Below are positions 51,723 to 60,750 of a stretch of 64,000 nt of DNA, piece by piece. The position numbers were made by a program, and so were the translations under genes. The notes below the pieces were generated by a model, which made no database searches, was not told the origin of the DNA, and saw nothing but the letters and a program-made list of their open reading frames with translations. Source of the stretch: a virus (Duplodnaviria; Heunggongvirae; Uroviricota; Caudoviricetes); IMG/VR virus record IMGVR_UViG_3300049846_001486, positions 1 to 64,000 of that record. The stretch is one strand, 5' to 3'. Positions within the stretch are counted from its first letter, which is position 1, and each line of letters begins with the position of its first letter.

Positions 51723-52334
51723 ATGCATAAAAGTCCATTTTTCGTGGTGAAGCAATTCATCTCACCGCTAGCCTGTGAAGATATAATCAACAGATTAAAT
51801 CACACCTTTCCTGATGAAAATAGGCACGGGCAACCTATAAAAACAATCAAACACAATAAACTTTCTGAAATCAGAATATTACCGCATATCGAGGATTTGG
51901 TTCCAAAACTCGAAGAGTATTATGGATTTGAATTAGAAGGAATCTTACCTTTTAATTTTGAATGGCTAGTTGAAGGATGCGAACTTCAAAAACCAATCTG
52001 CGAAAATTCTGCCATGATAGATGGGGAATGGCGTAAAATAAATGACTATGATTTTACCGGAATAATCTTCTTGAATGATTACCAAAGTGTGGTACCATTT
52101 GATAATCGTTTCGAAGTCAAAGGTGGTAAGTTGCAGTTCCTTAATCATAATTTTGCTTTCAATCCACAAAGAGGGACGCTTGTTATATTCCCGAGCGGAC
52201 CAAATTTCATAAACCACACAACAGAAGTTGTAGCTGGTGAGCTTAATCAAATAAGATTCCATATGGTTGCTACGACTCCATACCAGTACGATATGCGTAA
52301 GTTCCCCGGAACTCACAAAGATTGGTTCAAATAA
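51723..52334 (+). CDS. prolyl-4-hydroxylase-like 2OG-Fe(II) oxygenase superfamily protein (non-canonical first metal motif)
   Basis: IIFLNDY (the YLND region), GGKLQF and GTLVIFPSGPNFINHTTEVVAGELNQIR match the P4H-like DSBH pattern (YLN...GGeL.F...lvlFpS..H......R). The upstream HxD is not evident. Confidence 0.4.
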   Translation: MHKSPFFVVKQFISPLACEDIINRLNHTFPDENRHGQPIKTIKHNKLSEIRILPHIEDLVPKLEEYYGFELEGILPFNFEWLVEGCELQKPICENSAMIDGEWRKINDYDFTGIIFLNDYQSVVPFDNRFEVKGGKLQFLNHNFAFNPQRGTLVIFPSGPNFINHTTEVVAGELNQIRFHMVATTPYQYDMRKFPGTHKDWFK

Positions 52335-52360
52335 TGACACTTTAATCAAAGGAGAAAAAA

Positions 52361-52639
52361 ATGTCAGATAAAGAAGTAGATTTTACAGTCCCATCGGACC
52401 CAGCAGTTAGAAAGAAAATCAGAGATGCCATCCATGAAGCATCAGGTGCCTTACAATTTATTGCCGATAAGCGTGAATTTATGAAGGACATTGCTGCTGG
52501 AGTTGAAGAAGAATACGGAGTTCCGAAGAAAGTATTCAACAAGATGGTCAAGACCTTCCACAAACAGTCGTATGCCGTTGTTGTGCAGGAAGATACCCAG
52601 TTCCAGTTGTTCTATGAGAACATCGTAGACGCCAAATAA
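52361..52639 (+). CDS. small hypothetical protein (92 aa)
   Basis: Strong RBS AAAGGAGAAAAAA. Confidence 0.35.
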   Translation: MSDKEVDFTVPSDPAVRKKIRDAIHEASGALQFIADKREFMKDIAAGVEEEYGVPKKVFNKMVKTFHKQSYAVVVQEDTQFQLFYENIVDAK

Positions 52640-52673
52640 TTTTGCTATATAGTCCATCACCAATGAGGGATTC

Positions 52674-55322
52674 ATGAGTTATATTTCGGCAATGTTATCG
52701 GAAGATAGAAAGAATGTAGTAGTCTGGGAAAGGACTGAGGACAACAGGCGCGTCAAGAGAATATATGACGCGCCTTATTATTTTTACAGTCCAGACCCTG
52801 ACGGCGATTATTCAGATATCTATGGTAGAAAGTTGTCCAAGTTGGAATTCAATAATAGCAAAGTCATGTGGGATGCCAAACAGGAATTTCATGGACAGGG
52901 AATTAAATTATACGAATCGGACATAAGCCCGGTTTATAAAGTTTTATCCCAACACTATTACAACAAACCAATTCATAAATTGAATGTAACATTCCTAGAT
53001 ATCGAAGCCGACTACTCTAGAGAGGTCGGCTTCCCTAGCGTAGAAAATCCATATGCTGCTATAAGCTCGTTGGCTATGTATCACCAACATACAGACCGTA
53101 TGGTTGTGTACTGTGTGCCGAGTAGCACTACTGACCCAGCAGGTTATCGCATTTCTGAAGAAACTAAGAAATTGGCCGAAGTGGTGGTATGCCAATCTGA
53201 AAGTGAATTGCTGAAACATTTCTTAGATGAAATAGAAGATTCTGATATTCTTAGTGGTTGGAACTCGGACTATTTCGACATACCGTATATTTACTTGCGA
53301 CTAAAAGCCAACTTCGGGGAAGCTACAGCCAATAGAATGAGTTTCCCTTCGGCCTTGGCTCCTAAGTTTAGAGAGGTAGAACGCAAATTCGGTGGTGTTG
53401 CTCAGACATTGGATTTGTTTGGGCGAGTATCATTGGACTCCTTGGAAGTATTCAAGAAATTCGAACAATCTATGTACCCATCGTATGCGTTGGAATCTAT
53501 CGCTGAAACTTTATTCCCGTATATGCCTAAACTCGAATTCGAAGGAAGTCTATACACTTTGTATAGAAATGATTTCGATAAATTCGTACAATATAACATC
53601 CGAGATGTGGAAATCCTTAGAGAAATAGAAAGAACTAGAAAGTATATAAAACTAGCCATTGATATGTCGCATTTGTCCACAGGTTTGATTCCAAATGTAA
53701 CAGGAACTATCAAATTGGCTGAATTGGCTATCATCAACTTCTGTCATTACCAGATGAACACCATCGTTCCGGATTCTAATGTAGATGAAAGTACCGAGGG
53801 TGGTAAATTCGCGGGCGCTTTGGTTCTACAACCACAAACAGGAATGCACGAATGGCTTAGTGCGATAGATGTGTCCTCACTATATCCATCAGCCATCAGA
53901 GCCTTGAATATGAGTCCTGAAACTGTTATAGGTCAATTCAATGCTTATCATGCGGCTTATGCCGTATTTAATGGTGATGGTAATGAAGAACTTACTCTAG
54001 TATTTGATAACAACAAAGAATATGACCTTAATAAGACCTTGAAGAGCGAAACCCGACCAGTATCAGAATGGAAGCAAATTTTCATAGACAATCAATGGGC
54101 TATCTCTGGGTACGGTACTGTATTTTCTCTCAAGAAACAAGGATTCATTCCGGCTATTTTGGAATCGTGGTATATGGATAGAAAAGCTTTCCAGAAACGC
54201 CTCGCGGAACTTGAAGCCAAGAAAGCCCAGATTAAAGCTAAGGGTACCTTAACCGAAGAGGACGAAAAGCAACTAAAGGAAATTACCGAAGAAGCCGGGT
54301 ACTGCGACAGAATCCAATACATTAAGAAAATCCAATTAAACTCGATGTACGGTGCATTAGGCAATCGCTTCTTTAAATTTTTCGATGTGAGACTTGCAGA
54401 ATCTACAACTAGAACAGGGCGTGAAGTATTATTGCATATGTGCAAGAAGACAGCCGAATTATTGGACGGAGAATACACGCTACCTTCAGAATCAGTAATC
54501 TATGGAGATACTGACTCATGCTATTTCAAGACACACGCTCCGGACAGAGAAACCGCACAAAAGATTACCAAAATTGTGGAAAAGAAAGTAAATGAATCGT
54601 TCCCTCAATTCTTGAGAGAGAATTTCTTAACCATAAAGGGATATGACCATTTAGTTGAATGTGGATATGAATTTATCTCCGACCGTGGAATTTTCGTAAA
54701 GCCTAAACACTACATTTTGCACTTGGTAGAAAAGAAGAACCGTGAAGCTGATGATATGAAGGTTATGGGAGTCCAATTAAAGAAAACTACTATACCTAAA
54801 CCAATCAGTAAACAGTTGACCAAATATATCGAAAGTTTGCTAAAGGGTAAACCTTGGAAAGAAATTGGCAAAGACTTGGTTGACTACAAAGATGTACTTT
54901 TGAAGACTGAAAACATAATGAACATCGGTTTGCCGAAGGGCGTCAATAACATGGAAGATTATGTTGCAAAATACGAGGCTAATGAACCGGACCTAAAGAT
55001 TCCGGGGCATGTGTCGGCGGCAATATTCTGGAATTCATGCTTAGATGATTTCAAAGATAAAGAAAGCATTAAAATAACCTCCGGTACAAAAATAAAAGTC
55101 TTTTATTTGAAGACGAAGTATGGTAGATTCAAGAGTATTGCCGTCCCTACGGATACTAGAGAACTGCCGGGATGGTTTAAGAAGCACTTCGAAAAGGATA
55201 TTGATAGAGAAGCGCAAGTTAAAAGACTGATAGACCAGACATTAAAGAACATAGTCGGAGCTATCGGAGAAACGATACCGACCAAAAAATCATTATTGGT
55301 TGACGAATTATTCGAATATTAA
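52674..55322 (+). CDS. 43: DNA polymerase, family B (T4 gp43-like)
   Basis: Exo I motif FLDIEAD, polymerase motif A DVSSLYPS, motif B QLNSMYGALG and motif C YGDTDS. 882 aa. Confidence 0.95.
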   Translation: MSYISAMLSEDRKNVVVWERTEDNRRVKRIYDAPYYFYSPDPDGDYSDIYGRKLSKLEFNNSKVMWDAKQEFHGQGIKLYESDISPVYKVLSQHYYNKPIHKLNVTFLDIEADYSREVGFPSVENPYAAISSLAMYHQHTDRMVVYCVPSSTTDPAGYRISEETKKLAEVVVCQSESELLKHFLDEIEDSDILSGWNSDYFDIPYIYLRLKANFGEATANRMSFPSALAPKFREVERKFGGVAQTLDLFGRVSLDSLEVFKKFEQSMYPSYALESIAETLFPYMPKLEFEGSLYTLYRNDFDKFVQYNIRDVEILREIERTRKYIKLAIDMSHLSTGLIPNVTGTIKLAELAIINFCHYQMNTIVPDSNVDESTEGGKFAGALVLQPQTGMHEWLSAIDVSSLYPSAIRALNMSPETVIGQFNAYHAAYAVFNGDGNEELTLVFDNNKEYDLNKTLKSETRPVSEWKQIFIDNQWAISGYGTVFSLKKQGFIPAILESWYMDRKAFQKRLAELEAKKAQIKAKGTLTEEDEKQLKEITEEAGYCDRIQYIKKIQLNSMYGALGNRFFKFFDVRLAESTTRTGREVLLHMCKKTAELLDGEYTLPSESVIYGDTDSCYFKTHAPDRETAQKITKIVEKKVNESFPQFLRENFLTIKGYDHLVECGYEFISDRGIFVKPKHYILHLVEKKNREADDMKVMGVQLKKTTIPKPISKQLTKYIESLLKGKPWKEIGKDLVDYKDVLLKTENIMNIGLPKGVNNMEDYVAKYEANEPDLKIPGHVSAAIFWNSCLDDFKDKESIKITSGTKIKVFYLKTKYGRFKSIAVPTDTRELPGWFKKHFEKDIDREAQVKRLIDQTLKNIVGAIGETIPTKKSLLVDELFEY

Positions 55323-55333
55323 TTGAGGAATTT

Positions 55334-56062
55334 ATGATAACACTTTCAGAAGCTACAATAGACCTAATCGAAACTTCGGCAAAAACTGCCAAACTGTTAG
55401 ATATAGAAGAGATATTCATTGACAAAGAATCCGTAAGAGGAATGAAGAAAGAAGACGGGTTCTTGATTGTTACCCCTAGAGACAATTCTGCTTTAGAATT
55501 CGATGAGATATTAATCAATCGCGTCTCTGTATTCTTATCGCGTTTCAATGCTTTGGAAACAATTGATGAAATCGCAGCAACGGTGAAAAATAGAGCAGCC
55601 GGTAACAATTTCGTAACCAGCCTTGATATAGTCGGGGGCAGGACTAGTCTAGAATACAAATGTGGGGACTACGCTCAAATGCGCGATAAGATGCCAAAGA
55701 GAGTTGCCGACCCAACCTTCTATCGTTTCGATATTCAGCAAGACACAATAAAGTTGATTACCAAAGCTCTCGGGGCGATGGGGTCAACCACCATCACTTT
55801 AATGAATAGCGATAAGGGTGATGTGTTTATGAAAATGAGTTCTGAACAAGGGGAAGTCCTAAACCACCTTATTACTGACGAATTGGCCATGACCGGCGAG
55901 TGCGATAAGGACCGCTTTTCGTCAACCTTTAAGATTAAGCCCATCATGGCTTTGATTAAAGAGTGCGCTAAGGGAGAATTTTTATCAGTAAATATAACTA
56001 GGAGAGGCGCATTGAATCTTGAGTTTAACGGACTCAATATATTCGTGATGCCAGAAACATAA
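55334..56062 (+). CDS. 45: sliding clamp (T4 gp45-like)
   Basis: 242 aa (about the size of gp45). N-terminus MITLSEATIDLIETSAKTAKLL parallels gp45 MKLSKDTTALLKNFATINSGI. It lies directly after the polymerase. Confidence 0.5.
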   Translation: MITLSEATIDLIETSAKTAKLLDIEEIFIDKESVRGMKKEDGFLIVTPRDNSALEFDEILINRVSVFLSRFNALETIDEIAATVKNRAAGNNFVTSLDIVGGRTSLEYKCGDYAQMRDKMPKRVADPTFYRFDIQQDTIKLITKALGAMGSTTITLMNSDKGDVFMKMSSEQGEVLNHLITDELAMTGECDKDRFSSTFKIKPIMALIKECAKGEFLSVNITRRGALNLEFNGLNIFVMPET

Positions 56063-56073
56063 TAAGGTGCCCC

Positions 56074-56529
56074 ATGATGAAGTTTATTAAAGACATATTT
56101 AAAACTCAAGCAGAAATAGACGCTGAAAATGAAGCGGCTCAAGCTAAAGTTGAACAGGAAAGGCTTGCTAGAGAAAAGGAATTAGACGAATATTTCACTA
56201 AACGCATAGCTGCCGAGAAAGCTGCCGCCGAAGCTGAAGCTAAAAGAATAGCCGAAGAAGAAGAACATAAGAGACTCAAGAACGAAGAGGCTATGGCAAT
56301 TTATAGAGAAGAAATGAAGAAGAGTTCTGAACCGTGGGTAGAAGTTGTCAGCGGCGATGTAGACCCAACCAACGGAATCCAAATCAAATTGGATTGGAAT
56401 GATGCGTTTATCACTTACCTCCGCCAAAACGGAATAACTGGAGAAAACGAAGATATCATGGTTCAGAAATGGTTGGTTGGCCTTAATATGTCAATCGTTG
56501 ATGGTAAAGTAGAAGAGAAGTTCGAATAA
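56074..56529 (+). CDS. coiled-coil hypothetical protein
   Basis: 151 aa, with an AEKAAAEAEAKRIAEEEEHKRLK segment. Confidence 0.35.
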   Translation: MMKFIKDIFKTQAEIDAENEAAQAKVEQERLAREKELDEYFTKRIAAEKAAAEAEAKRIAEEEEHKRLKNEEAMAIYREEMKKSSEPWVEVVSGDVDPTNGIQIKLDWNDAFITYLRQNGITGENEDIMVQKWLVGLNMSIVDGKVEEKFE

Positions 56530-57512
56530 TGACCAAAACACATCTCATATTAGACACAAGCAACATTCTGTATAGAAGCTTCTTTGCAAAACTACAAGAA
56601 GATGAAGATATCAGCTTGGGTCTAGCTTTGCATTCCGCATTCTTTTCTATCAACAGATATTACAGAAAATATAAAGCTCATGATATAGTATTGGCTTTTG
56701 ATTATCCAAATTCTTGGAGAAAGATATACACCAAACAATCCCCGGATTGTGTAACTCATAAGATTTACAAAGGAACCCGCCGTCAGAAGATGACAGAAAA
56801 AGATAAAGCTAAAATGGCGGAGTTCGATACGCATATACAAGAATTTTGCGATTTGTTAAAAACCAAATCAGGAGTTATTGTTTTACAGGAAAAATACCTA
56901 GAAGCCGATGATTTGATAGCTGGATACATACAGAAATTCCCAGAAGATAAGCACATCTTAATCAGCGCCGACAAAGACTTTATGCAATTACTCAATAAGG
57001 GTGATGTTACTTTAGTCGAACCCAACGAAGATAAGGAAAGAAATTTGGATGAATGGGAAGGTAATCCTGATTTGTTCATTTTCGAAAAATGTATCAGAGG
57101 CGATGCCGGGGATAATGTTCAATCCAGTTATCCAAGACTTCGTAAAACAAAAATAGTCCAAGCATTTACCGACCCGGTTGCAAGAGTAAACATAATGAAC
57201 AACGAATTTGATGTTGAAGAACTTGGACCAGATGGCCAGTTAGTTACACATCATTACAAAACCCAAGAGCTTTTTGAAGAAAATGAATTGCTCATGGATT
57301 TAACTAAACAACCGGATTATATCAGAGAGTTGATTTTCAAATCAATTGATAAATCCATAAACAACAGAGGGAAGTTCGATTACTTCCATTTCTTGAAATT
57401 CTTAGGTAAACACGAATTGAATAACATAATAAACGATTATGAACAGTTTGTCCCGCTGCTATCCGGTAAGGGAGTTTACCATAAGAATACAGAGTCTCTC
57501 CAGACCGCCTAA
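56529..57512 (+). CDS. rnh: RNase H / 5'-3' flap exonuclease (T4 rnh-like, FEN family)
   Basis: LEADDLIAGYIQKF...ILISADKDFMQLL matches the T4 RNase H segment EADDHIAVLV...ILIISSDGDFTQL. 327 aa. Confidence 0.75.
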   Translation: MTKTHLILDTSNILYRSFFAKLQEDEDISLGLALHSAFFSINRYYRKYKAHDIVLAFDYPNSWRKIYTKQSPDCVTHKIYKGTRRQKMTEKDKAKMAEFDTHIQEFCDLLKTKSGVIVLQEKYLEADDLIAGYIQKFPEDKHILISADKDFMQLLNKGDVTLVEPNEDKERNLDEWEGNPDLFIFEKCIRGDAGDNVQSSYPRLRKTKIVQAFTDPVARVNIMNNEFDVEELGPDGQLVTHHYKTQELFEENELLMDLTKQPDYIRELIFKSIDKSINNRGKFDYFHFLKFLGKHELNNIINDYEQFVPLLSGKGVYHKNTESLQTA

Positions 57513-57624
57513 AACCGCCTGATAGGATACTATAAACTGCACCCCCGCCCATCAGATTGGTCCGGGAGCGTAGGCTATTAAGTCATTTTAGGCAGGATAA
57601 ATATACATAATCGAAGGCTATAAA

Positions 57625-58344
57625 ATGACCGGCAAGAAAGGGAAAAGCGGAAGAAAAAGAAAGTCTTATTCGTTTGAAGAAGCCAAAACAAGGGTTCAGA
57701 ACGAAGGAATAAGCTCGGTCGTAGAATACGCTCAATGGTGGGAATTGAATAAACCCGCTAGGATGCCTAAACGCCCAGACAGAGCCTACAAACAACAGTT
57801 TACTACTTGGAACGACTTTTTAGGTTTAAACAATGTTTTCCCCTTCCATCCAAGAAATTACATACCATACAAACAAGCTAAAGCTTTTGCTCATACTTTA
57901 AATTTAAAATCTAGAGACGAATGGTTGGAGTATTGTAAGAAGGGAACCAAACCAGATAATATACCGATAAGACCAGATGTTAAGTATAGGAAAACCGGAG
58001 AATGGTTTTCTTGGAAAGATTTCTTAGGGTATTCTTTGGAAGATAAACTTGAATTTGCAAAAACAATTACTGATATTCTTTATATTTTTAAATCCAATGG
58101 CGGGCCGAGGAATCTTTATAGAATAGGGAAAATAAAGAATACAAAAGAATATGTAATAGATTACGCCTTGAAAAACGATGAAACTATAATTGCTATATTT
58201 AATTATGATTCTGCCGTAAATGTCAAATCAATAGTTATGAAATATGGTTCCGAATATGCGTTTAAGAGTACAGGCGATGAATACTTGATAAACAATATTC
58301 ATGGATTGCTGTTCGATTTGGACAGCGTGATGGTTAAGATATAA
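57625..58344 (+). CDS. hypothetical protein with tandem W-x2-W-(D/N)DFLG repeats
   Basis: Two copies of a P..Y...W..W.DFLG-like motif (YKQQFTTWNDFLG and GEWFSWKDFLG). GATAAATATAC motif upstream. Confidence 0.4.
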   Translation: MTGKKGKSGRKRKSYSFEEAKTRVQNEGISSVVEYAQWWELNKPARMPKRPDRAYKQQFTTWNDFLGLNNVFPFHPRNYIPYKQAKAFAHTLNLKSRDEWLEYCKKGTKPDNIPIRPDVKYRKTGEWFSWKDFLGYSLEDKLEFAKTITDILYIFKSNGGPRNLYRIGKIKNTKEYVIDYALKNDETIIAIFNYDSAVNVKSIVMKYGSEYAFKSTGDEYLINNIHGLLFDLDSVMVKI

Positions 58345-58759
58345 TCGAATATTTTGTTTGCAGATATTTATTAAAAGCCGGTATAATACAGCGTTGTATA
58401 TCTCTGCCGTGGTCCATAAATTCTTCAGGAGTCATCCAGCAAATATCCCCAGTTTCAAAATGATACGGAATCAAAGCATCTGGATTTATAACTTCACAAG
58501 TGTAATAAAAGGTGTTGCCGGTATAAGTTCCTAAGAATTGAATATTCTTCATATTGGTTGGGATTATACCAAGTTCTTCCGTGGCCTCTCGCACAGCAGC
58601 TTCTTCATTAGTCTCACCGGGGTCTATAATTCCCTTAGCGAATTGAAAATCCGGCCCACCGTACTTCGGGTCAGAAGGTTTCATGGTCAAGATTTTAAGA
58701 CCATCTTGGAACACATAGTAGGGAATCATCCCTGCTCTTTTCTTTTTGTTATTGCTCAT
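58334..58759 (-). CDS. NUDIX hydrolase
   Basis: Perfect Nudix box GIIDPGETNEEAAVREATEELGI. Confidence 0.8.
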   Translation of the reverse strand: MSNNKKKRAGMIPYYVFQDGLKILTMKPSDPKYGGPDFQFAKGIIDPGETNEEAAVREATEELGIIPTNMKNIQFLGTYTGNTFYYTCEVINPDALIPYHFETGDICWMTPEEFMDHGRDIQRCIIPAFNKYLQTKYSIIS

Positions 58760-58791
58760 AAATTATTGCTAAGACACTCTTTTTTTAGACT

Positions 58792-58799
58792 TATAAATA
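58792..58799 (+). promoter_or_regulatory. T4-type late promoter motif TATAAATA
   Basis: Exact match upstream of the ATG at 58863. Confidence 0.4.
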
Positions 58800-58862
58800 T
58801 ATTTGAAAGGAATTTAAAAGATTCTAACATGATTATCAGTTAAACGCAACAGGAGAATTATC

Positions 58863-59291
58863 ATGCAGCTTCCACATTATGTATTAGTAGACTTATATGA
58901 TAACGGTATCGGACACGAAGTTATCGTTATGAAACAGGATAAATCCAACGGCGACTTTTATTACATCAAAGTCGAATCGTTAGACGATGTTGACAGAAAG
59001 AGATTGCAGACCATTTTGAGTCGCCGTGAGGCTCCAAATATGGAATTGTGGGATTTAATGAGCAACATTACATTGGGTAACGGTGTTAATGCTCTTGAAT
59101 ACTTCCACCAGCTTGTCAAAATTAAGACAAGAAGCGGCAAGCACATCAGCCCATCGTCCGGTAGAAGGGGTATGGCAGTAGCAATTGCTCCAGAAAAGAG
59201 TCAGTTTGCTGAAACTCCTGCTCCACAGGCAGAAGCCGCGCCAGCAGCTAAGGCTAAGAAAGTCAAAGCTGCTCCAGAAGCACAAGGCTAA
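58863..59291 (+). CDS. hypothetical protein with an Ala/Lys-rich C-terminal tail
   Basis: Strong RBS AGGAGAA. C-terminus AAPAAKAKKVKAAPEAQG. Confidence 0.35.
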   Translation: MQLPHYVLVDLYDNGIGHEVIVMKQDKSNGDFYYIKVESLDDVDRKRLQTILSRREAPNMELWDLMSNITLGNGVNALEYFHQLVKIKTRSGKHISPSSGRRGMAVAIAPEKSQFAETPAPQAEAAPAAKAKKVKAAPEAQG

Positions 59292-59307
59292 TAGTAGCGA
59301 TATATAG

Positions 59308-59345
59308 GGACAGGGGGTGAGACTCGCCCCCTTGTCTATTTTCAA
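59308..59345 (+). terminator. rho-independent terminator
   Basis: GACAGGGGG-TGAGACTCG-CCCCCTTGTC followed by TATTTTC, a GC-rich hairpin in an AT-rich genome. Confidence 0.45.
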
Positions 59346-59367
59346 GAGTCTTTATGTGAGGTAATTT

Positions 59368-60747
59368 ATGAAAGCTGACACTATTTTTGTGCAGGTTGCG
59401 AGCTACCGTGACCCACAATTGATTCCGACTTTAGTTGACATGATTGACAATGCGGCCAAGCCACAAAATCTACATATAACCGTATGTTGGCAGCGCGGCC
59501 CAGAAGAAACCGAAGAAATGTTTTTCGAGAAAGGTTTCAAATTTATCAATAGACTTCCAAATTCAAAAGTTGAAGGTGAAGTAGTCACCTTAGAACGCAA
59601 CAAAGCGCAGATAAAATTAATTGATATTCATTTCCACAAGACCAAGGGCGCTTGTTGGGCAAGAAACCAAATACAGCAATTGTATGATGGTGAAAAATAT
59701 ACCCTACAGTTAGATTCCCACCACAGATTTGCCCCAAACTTTGATTCCGAATTAATCAAAATGATTAAAGGTTTACAGAAAGACGGGGTTAAGAAACCAT
59801 TATTGACGGGCTATATTCCTTCTTTTGACCCGGAAAGAGACCCGGAGGCCAGAGTACAAGAACCTTGGAAGATGGATTTTGACAGATTCATCCCTGAAGG
59901 CGCAGTATTCTTCTTACCATCTACTATGGAAGGGTGGAGAGAGATGACCAAACCTTTCCCTTCTAGATTCTATTCCGCTCACTTCTGTTTCACATTAGGA
60001 CAGTTCTGTGAAGAAGTACAACATGACCCAGAATATTTCTTCCACGGGGAAGAAATTGCAATCGCTGTTAGAGCATTCACGCATGGTTATGATTTGTTCC
60101 ACCCGCACCTACCATTAGTGTGGCACGAATATACCCGTAAAGGTAGAGTCAAGGTATGGGATGACCATACTACAGGCCAAAAGAATAAGGGTAGAGTCGA
60201 ATTGGATTGGGTAGAACGCAACAACATCTGCCATAGAAGAAATAGAATTCTTTTCGGCATGGATGGCGAAGACCCAAATACCATAGATTTTGGTAAGTAT
60301 GGATTCGGTAAAGAAAGAACATTAAGACAGTACGAAGAATATGCCGGTATCAGCTTCCAGTACAGAGGCGTACAGCAGAAGACCTTAGACCGTCTTCCTC
60401 CGCCGAATAATGTACCATACAATACCGAAGAAGAATGGAAGAATACTTTTAGTATGTCTAACGATATACGAATCTTATTACACAGGTCTGAACTGTTTAA
60501 TGAAGAAGGTAAATTGGAAGATGATTATGATTTCTTCTATGTTGGCGCTCATGATATTGACGGTAAAGAACTTCACAGAAAGGACTTGACTGAAGTTGAT
60601 ATTAAAGAAAAATTAATGCACGAATGGATAGATTATAGATTCATATTCATTTCAGTAAATACACCAGTAACTTACACAATTTGGCCTCATAGCAAATCTA
60701 AAGGCTGGTTAAAAAAGATAGATAAGAAGATAGTAGAAGGGACTTAA
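59368..60747 (+). CDS. GT-A fold glycosyltransferase with a DxH motif, resembling polypeptide O-GlcNAc/GalNAc-transferases (GT60/GT27-like)
   Basis: N-terminal TIFVQVASYRDP and the catalytic-region YTLQLDSHHRF (a TxLDxH DxH motif as in ppGalNAc-T FLDSHCE). 459 aa, strong RBS. Confidence 0.5.
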   Translation: MKADTIFVQVASYRDPQLIPTLVDMIDNAAKPQNLHITVCWQRGPEETEEMFFEKGFKFINRLPNSKVEGEVVTLERNKAQIKLIDIHFHKTKGACWARNQIQQLYDGEKYTLQLDSHHRFAPNFDSELIKMIKGLQKDGVKKPLLTGYIPSFDPERDPEARVQEPWKMDFDRFIPEGAVFFLPSTMEGWREMTKPFPSRFYSAHFCFTLGQFCEEVQHDPEYFFHGEEIAIAVRAFTHGYDLFHPHLPLVWHEYTRKGRVKVWDDHTTGQKNKGRVELDWVERNNICHRRNRILFGMDGEDPNTIDFGKYGFGKERTLRQYEEYAGISFQYRGVQQKTLDRLPPPNNVPYNTEEEWKNTFSMSNDIRILLHRSELFNEEGKLEDDYDFFYVGAHDIDGKELHRKDLTEVDIKEKLMHEWIDYRFIFISVNTPVTYTIWPHSKSKGWLKKIDKKIVEGT

Positions 60748-60750
60748 TAA

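Noticed and set aside
57513-57624. Possible small RNA or terminator after the RNase H gene (CTGATAGG...CCCATCAG hairpin)
   Set aside because: The stem is imperfect, has a 21-nt loop and is not followed by a T-tract. It is insufficient to call a terminator or ncRNA.
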